A stretch of 64,000 bases of DNA, taken from NCBI GenBank assembly GCA_963841435.1, contig CAWJCS010000006.1, positions 416,001-480,000 on the forward strand, read 5' to 3'. The notes under the pieces are model-generated. The model was not told the DNA's origin and did not search any database. It was given only the letters and a program-made list of their open reading frames with translations. The DNA comes from an uncultured delta proteobacterium (GTDB lineage Bacteria > Myxococcota_A > Polyangia > Polyangiales > Polyangiaceae). Each line of letters opens with the position of its first letter. Within the stretch, counting starts at the first letter, position 1. The translations under genes and the position numbers were made by a program. Positions 10,911-22,163 of the stretch are shown piece by piece.

Positions 10911-12025
10911 TCACTTACCCTTGCCGAGGAAATCCTTGATGCTGGTGACGATCGCGTCTCGGTCGCGAATCTCGCTGGTGAGCACTCGCTCGTCCTGGGC
11001 GAAGTGCTCGCGCAGGTCCTTGATGAACTGACCGGAGCCGTACGGGCTCTCGACCTGGCCGTAGGCGAACATGTTCACGCGCGGCAAGATTTCCTGCTTC
11101 AGGAGCTCGATGCAGAGCAGCGTGTCGTCCATCGACCAGTTGTCGCCGTCGGAGAAGTGGAACGGGTAGATGTTCCATTCCTCGCGTCGGGTAGTGCTGG
11201 TCGATGAGCTGGGCGCACAGCTTGTAGGCGCTGGAAATCATGGTGCCGCCCGACTCGCGCGTGCGGAAGAAGGTGTCGCGGTCCACCTCGCGCGCCACGG
11301 CGTCGTGGATGATGTAGCGGGCTTCGAGGCCCTTGTACTGACGCCGGAGCCAGGCATCGATCCAGAAGCACTCGATGCGGACGATCTCCTTCTGCTCGTC
11401 GCCCATCGAGCCCGAAACGTCCATCATGTAGATGATGACGGCGTTGGCGACGGGCTCGACGTCCTCTTTCCAGGAGCGGAAGCGCCTGTCCTCGCTGCTG
11501 GGGAACGATGACGGGGTTGTTCGGGTCGTAGGCGCCGCTCGCGATCGCGCGCCGCAGCGCTTCCTTGTACGTGCGCTTGAAGTGCCGCAGCGACTCCGGC
11601 CCGACGCGCCGGATGCCCGTGTAGCGATCCTTGGCGCGCGACGATGCGGCTCTTGCCCTTGTTCTCGATCGCGGAAGCTCGAGCTCTTCGCCGAGGATGT
11701 CGGCGAGCTCGTCGAGCGTCACGTCGACCTCGAGGACGTGCTCGCCGGCGTCCTGCCCCGCCTGACCCTGCCCGTCCTCGGCCTCCTCGCCCTGCCCACC
11801 GACCGAGTCGCCGACCTCGCCGTCGCCCTGGCCCACGCCGCCGCGCTGCTGGTCGCCGTAGACGAAACGTGGGATGTCAATCTGGGGAAGGGGGATGCTG
11901 ACGATGTCCTTGCCCTTGCGGCCGATGAGCTCGCCCTGGGAGATGTAGCGGCGTAGGTTTTGCCGGATCTTCCCCCGCACGATGGCCCGGAAACGTGAAT
12001 GATCCTGATCGACTTTCAGGGACAT
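10911..12025 (-). CDS. DUF444 (YeaH/YhbH) family protein, multiply frameshifted
   Basis: [53 protein letters not shown]; directly upstream of spoVR, the usual context. Confidence 0.88.
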
Positions 12026-12182
12026 CCGGTTACAAGCATGGCACATCCGAGCGCCCCCGGGGCGGGCGTTTCCGGCGAGCACGGAGCGCTCGACGGGCGC
12101 GTGGCTCGTTCGTGTCACCGGCGGGCGCCGCTTTTCGCGCGGAGCATCGACGGGGGGCCGTGTTTTTGTTAGAAGCCGCGAC

Positions 12183-12752
12183 GTGACGACCAAGCACCGC
12201 TTGCTTCGATTCCGCTGTACTGGCTGCGGCAATTGCTGCAAAGACCCCCTCTTGCCGCTCACGGACGCGGACGCGAAGCGTATCGTGGCGCGCACGGGGG
12301 AGCCACCAGAGACGTTCCTTCGCTGGGTGGACCGCCACGGTATCGAGATGGGCGACGAGCCCGAGGGTTTCGTCTCGCTGCGCCAGGGCAAGCGCGTGAT
12401 GGTGCTCCGGCACGGGCGTAACGGCTGCCACTTCCTCGGCTCCGACAATCGCTGCACCATTTATTCGAGCAGGCCGCTCGGCTGCCGCATCTTCCCGTTC
12501 GACCCGACCTTCAACAAGAAGGACGGTAAGCTCCGCCATCTGACGCTCATTCAGGCCACGGACTGCAAGTACGAGCTCGACGGCAAAAATGACGTTGACG
12601 ACATGCGCGCGCTGCACCAGCGCTACGAGGCAGCGACCGAGGCTTACCAGGACAAGATCGCGCAGTTCAACAAGCAGCAGGCTGCTCGCAAGCGCAGCGG
12701 CAAGCGTCCGGGCACGGCGCGAAAGTTCCTGGAGTTTCTGGGGCTCACGTGA
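12183..12752 (+). CDS. YkgJ-family cysteine cluster protein
   Basis: [10 protein letters not shown] ... CHFL...[17 protein letters not shown]. Confidence 0.85.
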   Translation: MTTKHRLLRFRCTGCGNCCKDPLLPLTDADAKRIVARTGEPPETFLRWVDRHGIEMGDEPEGFVSLRQGKRVMVLRHGRNGCHFLGSDNRCTIYSSRPLGCRIFPFDPTFNKKDGKLRHLTLIQATDCKYELDGKNDVDDMRALHQRYEAATEAYQDKIAQFNKQQAARKRSGKRPGTARKFLEFLGLT

Positions 12753-13285
12753 CGGCCGGGCCGCCGAGCCATCTCGTGCTCACGGCGGTCGGCCCCGACC
12801 GACCCGGGCTAGTGAACGCCATCTCCGCGGTCGTCCACGATGCGGGCGGGAGCCTGCAGGACAGCCGCATGGCAATCCTCGGGGGCGAATTCGCGCTGCT
12901 GTTGCTCGTTGCCGGGCCAGAGTCGGCGATCGTCGCGCTCGAAGGGGCGCTGCCGCGCGTCGAGGGCGAGCTCGGTTTGAAGCTGCTCGCCAAGCGGACC
13001 CACACCGAGGAGCGCCACGACTACCTGCCGTACTCGCTCCGCGTGACCGGCATCGATCGGCCCGGCATCGTGCGCGTCGTGAGCGAGCGCCTCGCACGCC
13101 GCGGCGTCAACGTGGCGTCGCTCGAATCGCGCGTGACGTTCGCGCCGCTCAGCGGGACGCCGCTGTTCTCCCTCGAGGCCGAGCTGCAGGTGCCGTCGGC
13201 GACCGCGCTCGCCGAGCTGCGCCGTGAGGTCGGTGCGCTGTCCGACGACGAGAACCTCGACGTGACCCTCGAAGCGACGCGCTGA
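12749..13285 (+). CDS. gcvR: Glycine cleavage system regulator GcvR-like (two ACT domains)
   Basis: LTAVGPDRPGLV...DSRMAILGGEFA and VTGIDRPGIV; GTGA overlap with upstream gene. Confidence 0.82.
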   Translation: MTAGPPSHLVLTAVGPDRPGLVNAISAVVHDAGGSLQDSRMAILGGEFALLLLVAGPESAIVALEGALPRVEGELGLKLLAKRTHTEERHDYLPYSLRVTGIDRPGIVRVVSERLARRGVNVASLESRVTFAPLSGTPLFSLEAELQVPSATALAELRREVGALSDDENLDVTLEATR

Positions 13286-13289
13286 GGTC

Positions 13290-13410
13290 GCGGGCCCGGC
13301 GCTCGGGTCGGCGCGGCCTCGACGCGCTCCGCCAGGTCTTCGAAGCCGCGCATGCAGCCCGGCCCGCACACGCTCGCGACGCCGAAGCTTGCCGTCACCG
13401 GGATGCTCCG
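13290..13410 (-). pseudogene. Remnant of a GGDEF-domain C-terminus
   Basis: Minus strand reads IPVTASFGVASVCGPGCMRGFEDLAERVEAA, like the GGDEF tail (vTaSiGVa...l..rAD.A); no upstream GGDEF motif. Confidence 0.45.
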
Positions 13411-13618
13411 GCGTCTTCTCCGTGGCTGCCGTGGGTAGGGCCATGAGGGGCTCTATCGGCAAGAGCGGCCCCCCCTCGGCCAGCGTTGAGCCCCGAGCGT
13501 CGCAATTTGCCTCGATCGGGTAGGACTGGTTCCGCGAAGCTCCGTCACTTCCACTCGAGGCGGGCTGTCGGGCCACCATTCCCCGCGCGAAAGGCGAGAT
13601 TGGGGCTATCCCGCTCGA

Positions 13619-16600
13619 TCAGGGCGCCGGCGCAGCCTCGCTAGCGGGTCGCGGCCGGCCCCAGGCGAAGCGCAGGTACAGAGACGGCAAAACGAACAGG
13701 TTCAGCAACGTGGAGCTCACGAGGCCACCCAGGATCACGAGCGCCATGGGGTGCTCGATCTCGTGACCGGGCCGCGCGCCGGCCACCACGAGGGGGACGA
13801 GCGCGAGCGCCGTCGTGAGCGCCGTCATCAAGATGGGCGCGAGGCGCTCCTCGGCACCCCGAAGGACGAGCTCGCGGCCAAAGCCGACCCCCTCGACGTC
13901 CTCGAGGTGCTTGAAGTGGCTGACCAGCATGATGCCGTTGCGCGCCGCGATGCCGAGCACGGTGACGAAGCCAATCAGTGTGCCGAGCGAAAGGGTCCCG
14001 CCAGACAGGGCTGCCGCCGCTACTCCGCCGACGAGCGCGAACGGGAGCGTCGCGAAAGCGAGCAGCGCGAGGCGTAGCCTACCGAGCGCGGTCAGGAGCA
14101 CCACGAAGATCGCAACCGCCGCGCCGGCCACCAGCAGGCGCATGCGAGCCGTCGCCTCGCCGAGCTCGCGATGCTCGCCCAAGAGCTCCGCGTGGTAGCC
14201 GCGCGGAAACGCGATGCCCCCGAGCTTTGCCTCGATCTCCTTGGCCACGCTGCCGAGGTCGCGGCCGCGAACGTTGCAGCTCACGTCGAGGCGCCGTGAG
14301 GACGCCTCGCGCTTGATGGTGCCGGGGCCGCCGCCGAGCCGTACGCGCGCGACGTCGCGCAAGCGGACCGCGCCACCGCTGGGAGTATCGACCAAGAGGT
14401 TCGAAAGCGCGGTGACGTCGCTCTGCCAGCGCCCCTCACCCCGGACCACTATGTCGAACACGCGTTGGCCTTCGACGATTTCTCCGACCTTGTGGCCCTT
14501 CACGAACGTCGCCGCCTGGTGGCGGATCGCGTACGGAGTCAGCCCGAAGCGCTGGGCCGCCGGGAGATCCACGTCGATCTCGAGCTGCGGGATGGGGGCG
14601 AGCGGCTCGACCTTGAGGTCGGCCACGCCGGGGATGTCGCTCAACAGGCCGCGCACGCGGGTGGCCTCGGTGCCGAGCGTGTCGAGCTCGGGGCCGAACA
14701 CTCTGACGACCAGGGAAGCACTGCTGCCCGAGAGCACCTCCTTGATGCGCTCGCGCAGGTACGTGAGAACGTCGCGGTAAAGCCCGGGGTAGCCGTCGAC
14801 GACCTCCTGAATGCGAGCCAGCGTTCCGTCGTAGTCGGCCTGGGCGTCGACGCTGATCCAGAGCTCGGTGAAGTTGATGCCGACGACCTCGTCGGCGACC
14901 TCGGCGCGCCCGATGTGAGAGCCGAAGTTTCGCACCCCGGGGATGGCGCGTAGCTCCTTGCTCGCGCGCTCGGTGATGCGCACCATCGCCGGGTGCGAGA
15001 TGCCCGGCTTTTCGACCCAGTGCATGAGAAAGTCGCGCTCTTTGAAATCCGGCAGCAGCGAGCTTCCGAGGAACGGGACGATCGCCGCCGCTCCGGCGGT
15101 CAGCGCTGAAAGGCCGCCGAGCGCGCTCCGCGGCCGGTCGAGCAGGCGGGGCAGCAGACGGCGGTAGCGCGCGGCGAGCCAGGCGAGCACCGGGCTCCGC
15201 CGGCTCGCTCTCGGGCGCCGGAGCAGCAAGAAGCACAGCACGGGCGTGACGGTCAGGGCCACGAGGAGCGACGCGGACACGGCGACGATGTACGAGAGTG
15301 CCAGCGGCCGGAAAAACGCCCCCGAGAGACCCTCCATCATGAACACGGGGACGAAGGCGAGCACCACGATGAGGGTCGCGTAGACGATCGAGCCTCGAAT
15401 TTCGAGTGACGCGTCGACCACGATGCGAAACGCCGACCGCTCCCGATCCTCGGGGGACGCGAGCTTGAGGCGCCGGATGATGTTTTCCACGTCGATGATG
15501 GCGTCATCCACGACCTCGCCGAGCGCGAGCACGAGACCTGCGAGCACCATCGTATTGATGGTCTCTCCTCGCCACCTCAGCACGAGCCCAGCGGCCAAGA
15601 GCGAGAGGGGAATCGCGACGGCGCTGACGAGCGCCGTGCGCCAGTCGTAAAGAAAGAGCAGGAGCACGAGAATGACGAGGGCGCAGCCGAGCCACATCGC
15701 CGTGCTCAGGTTGTCGATCGATTCTTCGATGAACGTCGCGGGACGAAAGATGGTCGAATCCACGTCGACGCCGCGCAGCGCAGGGCGCAAGGCGGTGAGG
15801 GCCTTCTCGACCTCGCGCGTCAGCTCGAGCGTGTTACCCCAGGGTTGCTTCTCGACGATGAGCAGGAGCCCCGGCCCATCGTTGATCACGGCGTCGCCGA
15901 TGAGCGGCTGGTGCCCCTCGGTCACGCGGGCGATGTCTCCGAGGCGCAAAGGAGCACCCTCCGCCCGCGGAACCACGACGTCCGAAAGCGACGCCACGTC
16001 GTGGACGGCGGGGAGGTGCAAGACGTTCAGTCGCTGATTGGGGGTTTCGACGAAGCCGCCGCTGCTCGGGCGCGTCGCCTCGCCGGCCGCGCTCAGCACC
16101 TGGTCGAGCGTGACGCCGTGCGCGGCCAGGCGCTCGGGCTCGACCAGGACCTGCAGCTCGCGGTCGCGCTGGCCCCAGATCGCGACGTTGGCGACGCCGG
16201 GCACCGCCAGCAGCCGCGGGCGAACCGTCCAGCGCGCGAGCGTCGAGAGCTCGATGAGGCTCATCTGCTTGGACGAGAGGCCGATCTTCATCGCGCGGCT
16301 CGTCGACGACATCGGCGAGAGGATCACCGGAGGGCGCGCCACCTCGGGCAGATCCGACCTGCGCGAGCTGGACGCGTTCCTGCACGACCTGGCGCGAGCG
16401 CAAAAGGTCGGTGCCTCGCGGAAAGAAGAGCTCGATCGAGGAGAGGCCCGGGACGGACTTCGAGCGCACCTTCGTGACCCACGGCGTCCCGGACAGCGCG
16501 TCCTCGAGCGGCACGCTCACGAGCGTCTCCACCTCGAGCGCCGAAAGGCCGGGGGCCTCGGTCTGGACCTCGACCCGGGGCGGGGCAAACTCGGGGAACA

Positions 16601-16709
16601 CGTCGAGCGGCGCTCCGCGTAGCCCGAAATAGCCGAAGATCAAGAGCGCGGCGGCGCAGGCGACGACGAGGACGCGCCCCCTGAGCGCCGAGGCCACGAG
16701 CCAGCGCAT
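13619..16709 (-). CDS. czcA: CusA/CzcA-family heavy-metal RND efflux permease (one +1 frameshift near 16358)
   Basis: N-terminus [30 protein letters not shown] in one frame, rest in ORF 13619..16342: [43 protein letters not shown]. Confidence 0.88.
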
Positions 16710-16731
16710 CAAGTGCCCACCTCGCCGACGT

Positions 16732-17925
16732 TCACTTGCCGGCTCCGAACTCGGTACCGAAAAGCTCCGCGACGCCGGCCGTGACCACGCGCGCACCTTC
16801 GGAGGGGCCACGGTTCAGCACCGCAAGCCCTTCGTGAACCCGCTCGAGCTCGACCCGAACGCGCTCGAACTCGTGGGCCGCTCGCTCGACGTAAACCCAC
16901 GCGCCGCCGAGCACGTCGTAGACGATCGCCGAGTAGGGCACGACGTGGCGCTCTTCGCCCCGTCCGAGCAAAGGCAGCCTGAGCGCCACGCGCTGCCCCG
17001 GAGAGAACTTCATCTTTGCGTTGTCGATCTCGTAAAACAAGCGCGCCGTGGCCGTGTTGGCGTCGCCGAGCGCGGGCGCCGGCACCGGCACGGCGGAGAC
17101 GGGCGCCGGGCCCACCGTCCCGCCGAGCGACGTGAGCGCCGCGGACGCGCCGCGATCCACGCGCTCGAGGTCGCCGACGTAAACGGGGACTTCGACCCAG
17201 AGGTGGTCGAGCTCGGCCACCTCGAACAGCGGAGCCCCTGCATTGACGCTCTGCCCGCCCGTCGCGTGCAAGCGGACGAGCACGCCATCCTGGGGCGCTT
17301 TCAGGGCCAGGCTCACGTCCGAGGTGAGCGGGCTGCCGCCGCGCAATTGATCGAGGCGCGTCTGCGCGGCCTCGAGCTCCGCGTTGGCCATGCTGCTTTC
17401 CGCCTGCCTCGTTTCGAGGGCGGGCTGGTCACCAGCGCCCTCTTTGCCGAGCTCGGTGAGCCGCTCGACCTGGCGTGAAGCCGTCGTGGCGCGCGTGCGG
17501 GCAAGCTCAACGTCGCGGCGCGCCTCGGCTTGGAGGTTTCGATGCGGCGCGACCAGCGGCAAGAGCCGGAAGACGACCTGGCCGGCCTTCAATGCCGCGC
17601 CGGGCATCGGCGAGCTCGCCCCACGCTGCCCGGCGGACAGCACGCCGGCGACAGGCGCCTGGATGACGCTCGATCGCCCCGGGCGGGCGATGAGGTCGCC
17701 CACGGCCGCGAGGGTCTCCGGCAGCTTTCGGCGTTCGACCGGAGCGGTTTGAAGGCCGAGACGCGCAACCTGTTGTGCCTCGAGCTTGAGCCACGAAAGC
17801 TTGCTCTCGACGGGGCTGGGCTTTTTCGGCGGGCTGGCCGCGGCCGTGTCCTTGTCGCCGCGACACGCCACGAGCCCGAGCGCGAGCGCGCAAAATACCA
17901 GTAGTTCTCGGCTACATCGCAGCAT
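16732..17925 (-). CDS. RND efflux membrane-fusion (periplasmic adaptor) lipoprotein, CzcB-like
   Basis: Lipobox LGLVAC; IQAPVAG, LKAPQDG..GQSVNAGAPLFEVA, VVPYSAIVYD, GARVVTAG. Confidence 0.88.
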   Translation of the reverse strand: MLRCSRELLVFCALALGLVACRGDKDTAAASPPKKPSPVESKLSWLKLEAQQVARLGLQTAPVERRKLPETLAAVGDLIARPGRSSVIQAPVAGVLSAGQRGASSPMPGAALKAGQVVFRLLPLVAPHRNLQAEARRDVELARTRATTASRQVERLTELGKEGAGDQPALETRQAESSMANAELEAAQTRLDQLRGGSPLTSDVSLALKAPQDGVLVRLHATGGQSVNAGAPLFEVAELDHLWVEVPVYVGDLERVDRGASAALTSLGGTVGPAPVSAVPVPAPALGDANTATARLFYEIDNAKMKFSPGQRVALRLPLLGRGEERHVVPYSAIVYDVLGGAWVYVERAAHEFERVRVELERVHEGLAVLNRGPSEGARVVTAGVAELFGTEFGAGK

Positions 17926-19237
17926 CGAAGTCCTTTCCGACCGCCCGCGACAGATCCGCGAGGGCACGTCGTGCCTGGGCGTCGAGCTCGGCTTCGCGGC
18001 CTTCGGCCTCGACGAGCCGGCGTGTCGCGTCGAGCACGGCGAGGTGGTTGGTCGCGCCAAGCTCGAACGCGCGCTCCGCGAGCGCGACGTTCTGCTCGCG
18101 CGGCTCGCGGACGAGGCGGGGCCAGCGCTCGAGCGCATCGAGTGCTTGAAGCGCGCCCGTCCGCGCGCGCTTCACCTCCCAGTTGACGCGCTGGCGAACC
18201 TCGAGGTAAGCGTAGCCCGCACGCTCGACCTCGGCGCGGGCGTGCATCCGCCCGGCCCCATTCCAGTTGAACAAGGGCAAGGTGACGCTCACGCCCGGCC
18301 CCATCTCGAAACCTTCGGTGCCCTTCTGGTTGGCGTCGAGCACGGCGCTCAGCTGGAACACCTCGGCCGTGGCGAGCCCGGCGCGTCGCCCGGCCGCTTC
18401 CAGGCGCAGCTCGGCAGCCCGCAGCTCCGGGCGTGCCGCGCGGGCGAGCCGCAACAGCTCGGGCTCGTCCGGCAGCCGCGCCGGCATCGGCGCGACCGAA
18501 AGCGGAACCGAACGCGCTGGCGCGAACGAAAGCACGTACTCGAGCCGCTGCCGCGCGAGCACGACGTCATGCTCCCGCTGATCGGCGTCGAGCGCCGCGG
18601 CGGCCGCGTCGGTGCGGATCCCGCGCGCCTCGAGCTCGTTGATCGCGTTGGCCGCGAGACGCACGTCCGCGATGTGGGCGATGCGCGTCCACACTTTGCG
18701 TGCCTTGTCGCCGAGGGCTCGGCGGCGTTCGGCCTCGACAGTACCGATGAAAGCGAGCCGCGCCGCGTGGGCGACGCCGAGACCTTCCTCGACGAGGTCT
18801 TCGGCGACACTTTCGACGTTCAGCTTGGCGATGGCCACTCGCCCGGGCCGCTTCCAGAGAAAGCTGATGTCCCAGCTCGCGGTGAGCTCGAGCTGCTTGG
18901 GTCCGAGCGGAAAGAGCAGCGAGAGCACGGGGTTTGGCAGTGCGCCGGCGGCTTCGAGCTCGGCGAGCGAGAACCCGAGGGTCGCAAGGCTCGCCTGAAA
19001 GCCGGGGTTGTTGAAAAGTGCAATCGCAACGGCTTCGTGAGTGGAAAGGCCGTCGGCGACGCGCACCGACTTCGGAAGGTTGCCGCCTTCTCCCGGGCGT
19101 GAGCGCGGGCTCGAACCGACGCGGTCACGCAAGGACGCGCCGACGTCGGCACGGTCGCGGGGACTCTGCGGTGAGCAAGCCAGCGCAGCGGCGGCTAGAC
19201 CGTAGGCAAATAGGTTGGAAACGCGAGGGCGTCCCAC
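17912..19237 (-). CDS. TolC/CzcC-family outer-membrane efflux protein
   Basis: EAVAIALFNNP, ARAARPEL, VSVTLPLFNWN, ERAFELG...LAVLDA; co-oriented with MFP and RND genes. Confidence 0.88.
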   Translation of the reverse strand: MGRPRVSNLFAYGLAAAALACSPQSPRDRADVGASLRDRVGSSPRSRPGEGGNLPKSVRVADGLSTHEAVAIALFNNPGFQASLATLGFSLAELEAAGALPNPVLSLLFPLGPKQLELTASWDISFLWKRPGRVAIAKLNVESVAEDLVEEGLGVAHAARLAFIGTVEAERRRALGDKARKVWTRIAHIADVRLAANAINELEARGIRTDAAAAALDADQREHDVVLARQRLEYVLSFAPARSVPLSVAPMPARLPDEPELLRLARAARPELRAAELRLEAAGRRAGLATAEVFQLSAVLDANQKGTEGFEMGPGVSVTLPLFNWNGAGRMHARAEVERAGYAYLEVRQRVNWEVKRARTGALQALDALERWPRLVREPREQNVALAERAFELGATNHLAVLDATRRLVEAEGREAELDAQARRALADLSRAVGKDFDAAM

Positions 19238-19302
19238 TCTCGGTCGACTAACCCGAGGGACCCGCCCGCCGCAACGGAAACCGGTGTTGTCCGCTTGGAG
19301 AA

Positions 19303-20139
19303 TCAGTCCTCGTTGCGCGCCCCGTCGTTTTCGTCATGGCCGTCGCCGTCGCCGTCGCCGCAGCCGCCGACCTCCTCGGGGGCGTTGTGTTCCGCGATCG
19401 CCATCGGACTCTCTGCGTCAACGGTATTTTCTGGGCCCTGGTCAACACAGGCCACCCCCGTCACGGAATCGACGCCGTTGTCGCATTCGCCGTCCCCGCT
19501 CGCGACGTCCGGCTCGTTCGTGCAAGGGGCCCCGCTGCCCATGATCGTGCCGTTCACGCATTCACCCGGGTTGCCGTCAGCGTGCTCTCCGTCGGCGCCG
19601 CCCCAATCGCCTGCCTCACAATGCATGTCACCGTCGTCGTCGATGCACGGCTCGCCGGAGCCTTGGACGACACCGTTGACGCACTCGCCCACCTCGCCCT
19701 CGCCGCCGGCTCCTCCAGCCCCCACGCCATTCGTGCTCGAAATGAGGAGCATGCTCACGGGAGCGGATGGGAAATGACGGACATGGCCCAGCGAGACCCT
19801 GACATTTCGTGAGGTGACCGCGAAGGTGGTGTCGAGGGTGCCGCTCGTTCGTGGGAAGACGATCGGCTCGCTCGCGCCGTCGAGCACGACCTGAAGACGG
19901 TAGGCGTGGCCACTCGCGAGAGGCAGCCGGAAGCCGCCGTCGGGAGTGACTTCGGAGGTCGTCACGGAACCCGCGTCCGAGAGGCCTTCCACGGCCGAGG
20001 GTGCGGTCGGAAACGAGTCGAGGACCAGGGTCCCTGCCACCGTGGAATCGGTGCCTCCCGAAACGTCCTTGCCACAGCCGAATGTCAAAACCAGCGCCCC
20101 GCTCATGAGAAGCGCGCTTCCAACGTTCTTGAGGGTCAT
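19303..20139 (-). CDS. Acidic lipoprotein with three GEC.NG....(S/T)G..C repeats
   Basis: Lipobox LTFGC; repeats GECVNGVVQGSGEPC, GECVNGTIMGSGAPC, GECDNGVDSVTGVAC; D/E-rich tail. Confidence 0.72.
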   Translation of the reverse strand: MTLKNVGSALLMSGALVLTFGCGKDVSGGTDSTVAGTLVLDSFPTAPSAVEGLSDAGSVTTSEVTPDGGFRLPLASGHAYRLQVVLDGASEPIVFPRTSGTLDTTFAVTSRNVRVSLGHVRHFPSAPVSMLLISSTNGVGAGGAGGEGEVGECVNGVVQGSGEPCIDDDGDMHCEAGDWGGADGEHADGNPGECVNGTIMGSGAPCTNEPDVASGDGECDNGVDSVTGVACVDQGPENTVDAESPMAIAEHNAPEEVGGCGDGDGDGHDENDGARNED

Positions 20140-20348
20140 CGCCGTGTCCTTTGCTTCGATCGCCTGCCCTCATTGGCCCCCGCGAAGCGGAACCTTCACC
20201 TTCCGCATGATCTCTTGCCAGGGCTCGAGGCACCATTCGGCAAGGAGCCTGGGCGCTCGACCGAAGGCATCGGTCCTCGTCTAGGGGCGGAAAGATCGTC
20301 GTTCGTGAAGGTTCCCGGGGTGAGCGGCCAAATCCGTGCGACGAAAAA

Positions 20349-20915
20349 ATGCCACGCAGTCCCATTTCGAAGGCAACGCCCAGCGCGGTCTCCGTGCTCC
20401 TATGCGTGGGGGGTCTCATTTCGGGCTGTGGGAGCAAGGGAATTACTCCGGACGGCCGAAACGGCTCAGGCACGGCGACCGGAACCATCGGCGGGCGGGC
20501 TTACGACGCAGTCGCGGATGCGCGTTGGATTGGCGCTCCCGACGACCCCGTCAATACCCGCGTCATCTACGTCTTCGACAAGCTCGTGAGCTGCGATGCC
20601 TTGAGCGACACCGGCTGGGACGAGGCCGTGACCGATCGGACCCAGTCGCTCGAAATGAAGCTCATCGGCAAGGTCGCCGGAACGTACCCGATCGCACCGA
20701 GTGGGCGGCCTGCGACGGGCGAGGCGACCGCAAATTATACACTCACGTCCACGAGCGCGACCCCTGCGGAAATGTCGGCAAGCGGCGGCGGCGTGACGGT
20801 CGACCAGTTCCTGGACCGAGCGGCTGCCGATGGATCTTTCGATCTGACTTTTCCGGACGGCTCCGTCTCGGGCACCTTTCATGCGACCTTTTGCGCCACC
20901 GGCCACGAGCCCTGA
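20349..20915 (+). CDS. Hypothetical lipoprotein
   Basis: Lipobox LISGC; beta-rich, ends GSFDLTFPDGSVSGTFHATFC. Confidence 0.72.
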   Translation: MPRSPISKATPSAVSVLLCVGGLISGCGSKGITPDGRNGSGTATGTIGGRAYDAVADARWIGAPDDPVNTRVIYVFDKLVSCDALSDTGWDEAVTDRTQSLEMKLIGKVAGTYPIAPSGRPATGEATANYTLTSTSATPAEMSASGGGVTVDQFLDRAAADGSFDLTFPDGSVSGTFHATFCATGHEP

Positions 20916-20925
20916 GCGAGTCCAC

Positions 20926-22161
20926 GTGCCTGAGCGCTGCATCACCAAGTCGGCTCTCGTCGGACTACTCGTGGCAACCGTCGGGTGCGGCCAGGCGAAC
21001 AGCGGGACGCCTTCGGTGTCCCCAATGGCCGCGTGCCCTCGAAACGGTGTTGTCGTGGCCGAGGCGCGAGACGTTGAGCGTGACGCCGAGGGCGTTTCCT
21101 ACTCGGTGTTCGGGGAATATCCGACTCGCGAGGCCGACTGGGTGCGCGCCGGCGCCGTGCTCGGGCTTCTCGAGGACGTTTGGGCGACCACGACGAAGAA
21201 GTGCTCCGCGCTTCCAAGCGAAACGACCGATGCGATCGATGCCGCGCTTTCCACCCTGGACACCGCGATTCCCGCCCAGGATCAGCAAAGCGCCGCGTAC
21301 GCCGGAAACGACGTCCACCTCGCGATGACGGGCCTATTTCAGTACTTCAACCCAGAAACGCCCGTCGAGATCGTGCGCATGGACGCCACGTTCCTGCGGG
21401 CCGGCATCGACGCACACTTCGGGGATTGGTCGGCGTATGCGGATGACCTCGCGTCCCTGCAGACCGATTGGGCCGCCCTGAAAGCGGCGGCCGAAGCGAA
21501 GGCCCCCACGTGCCATCGTGTGGCGGGCACTGAGTCCGTGGTCGGTGACGTCGACGACACGTTGGCCGCGATGGGCGGCGCTGGGGGCTCGGACGCCGTC
21601 ACCATCGAGAGGGAAGCCGATGCTGGCTTGCTCGAGGTGGACATCCTGGAGTTGTTGTTCGACTGCCCGGTGGATGGTGTGGCACCGAGCTCCGGGCTCG
21701 GCTCCCAGTGCTCCGCGAAAAACGACTGCCAAAGCGGCGAAGTTTGTGATCTTGCCAACGCCGGCGGGCGGTGTGCTCCCGACCCCACGAGCACCAACGT
21801 CGGTGCCTCCTGTGCCACCACGATCGACTGCGGCAACGATCCTCGCGACGCTTGCAACAACGAGGCGGGCGACGGCTATCCGGGCGGGTACTGCACCATG
21901 GAGCCGTGCAACGACGTTCAGGTGTGCTCCCCCGGCGCGACGTGCGTTTCGCAACCTTTCGAAACACCCGCGTGCATGCAGAGCTGCACGACGGACAGCG
22001 ACTGCCGCGTCGGCGAGGGCTACGTCTGCCAGCTGTTTCCGAGCTCGCCGCCGAGCGGCTTCGGGCCTTCGGATCACGCCTGCTCTTTCCCTTGCGGGAA
22101 GGACGAAGATTGTACGACGCCGCTGAAATGCGGCGTCCCCTCCGGGAAGTGCGTGCCCTGA
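20926..22161 (+). CDS. Lipoprotein with duplicated acidic helical domain and Cys-rich C-terminal repeats
   Basis: Lipobox TVGC; internal repeat DWVRAGAVLGLLEDVW / DWSAYADDLASLQTDW; C....DC..G..C repeats, YPGGYC. Confidence 0.75.
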   Translation: MPERCITKSALVGLLVATVGCGQANSGTPSVSPMAACPRNGVVVAEARDVERDAEGVSYSVFGEYPTREADWVRAGAVLGLLEDVWATTTKKCSALPSETTDAIDAALSTLDTAIPAQDQQSAAYAGNDVHLAMTGLFQYFNPETPVEIVRMDATFLRAGIDAHFGDWSAYADDLASLQTDWAALKAAAEAKAPTCHRVAGTESVVGDVDDTLAAMGGAGGSDAVTIEREADAGLLEVDILELLFDCPVDGVAPSSGLGSQCSAKNDCQSGEVCDLANAGGRCAPDPTSTNVGASCATTIDCGNDPRDACNNEAGDGYPGGYCTMEPCNDVQVCSPGATCVSQPFETPACMQSCTTDSDCRVGEGYVCQLFPSSPPSGFGPSDHACSFPCGKDEDCTTPLKCGVPSGKCVP

Positions 22162-22163
22162 AG

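Noticed and set aside
16340-16370. Programmed frameshift in czcA
   Set aside because: No slippery sequence; one extra base explains it, as with other indels in the window
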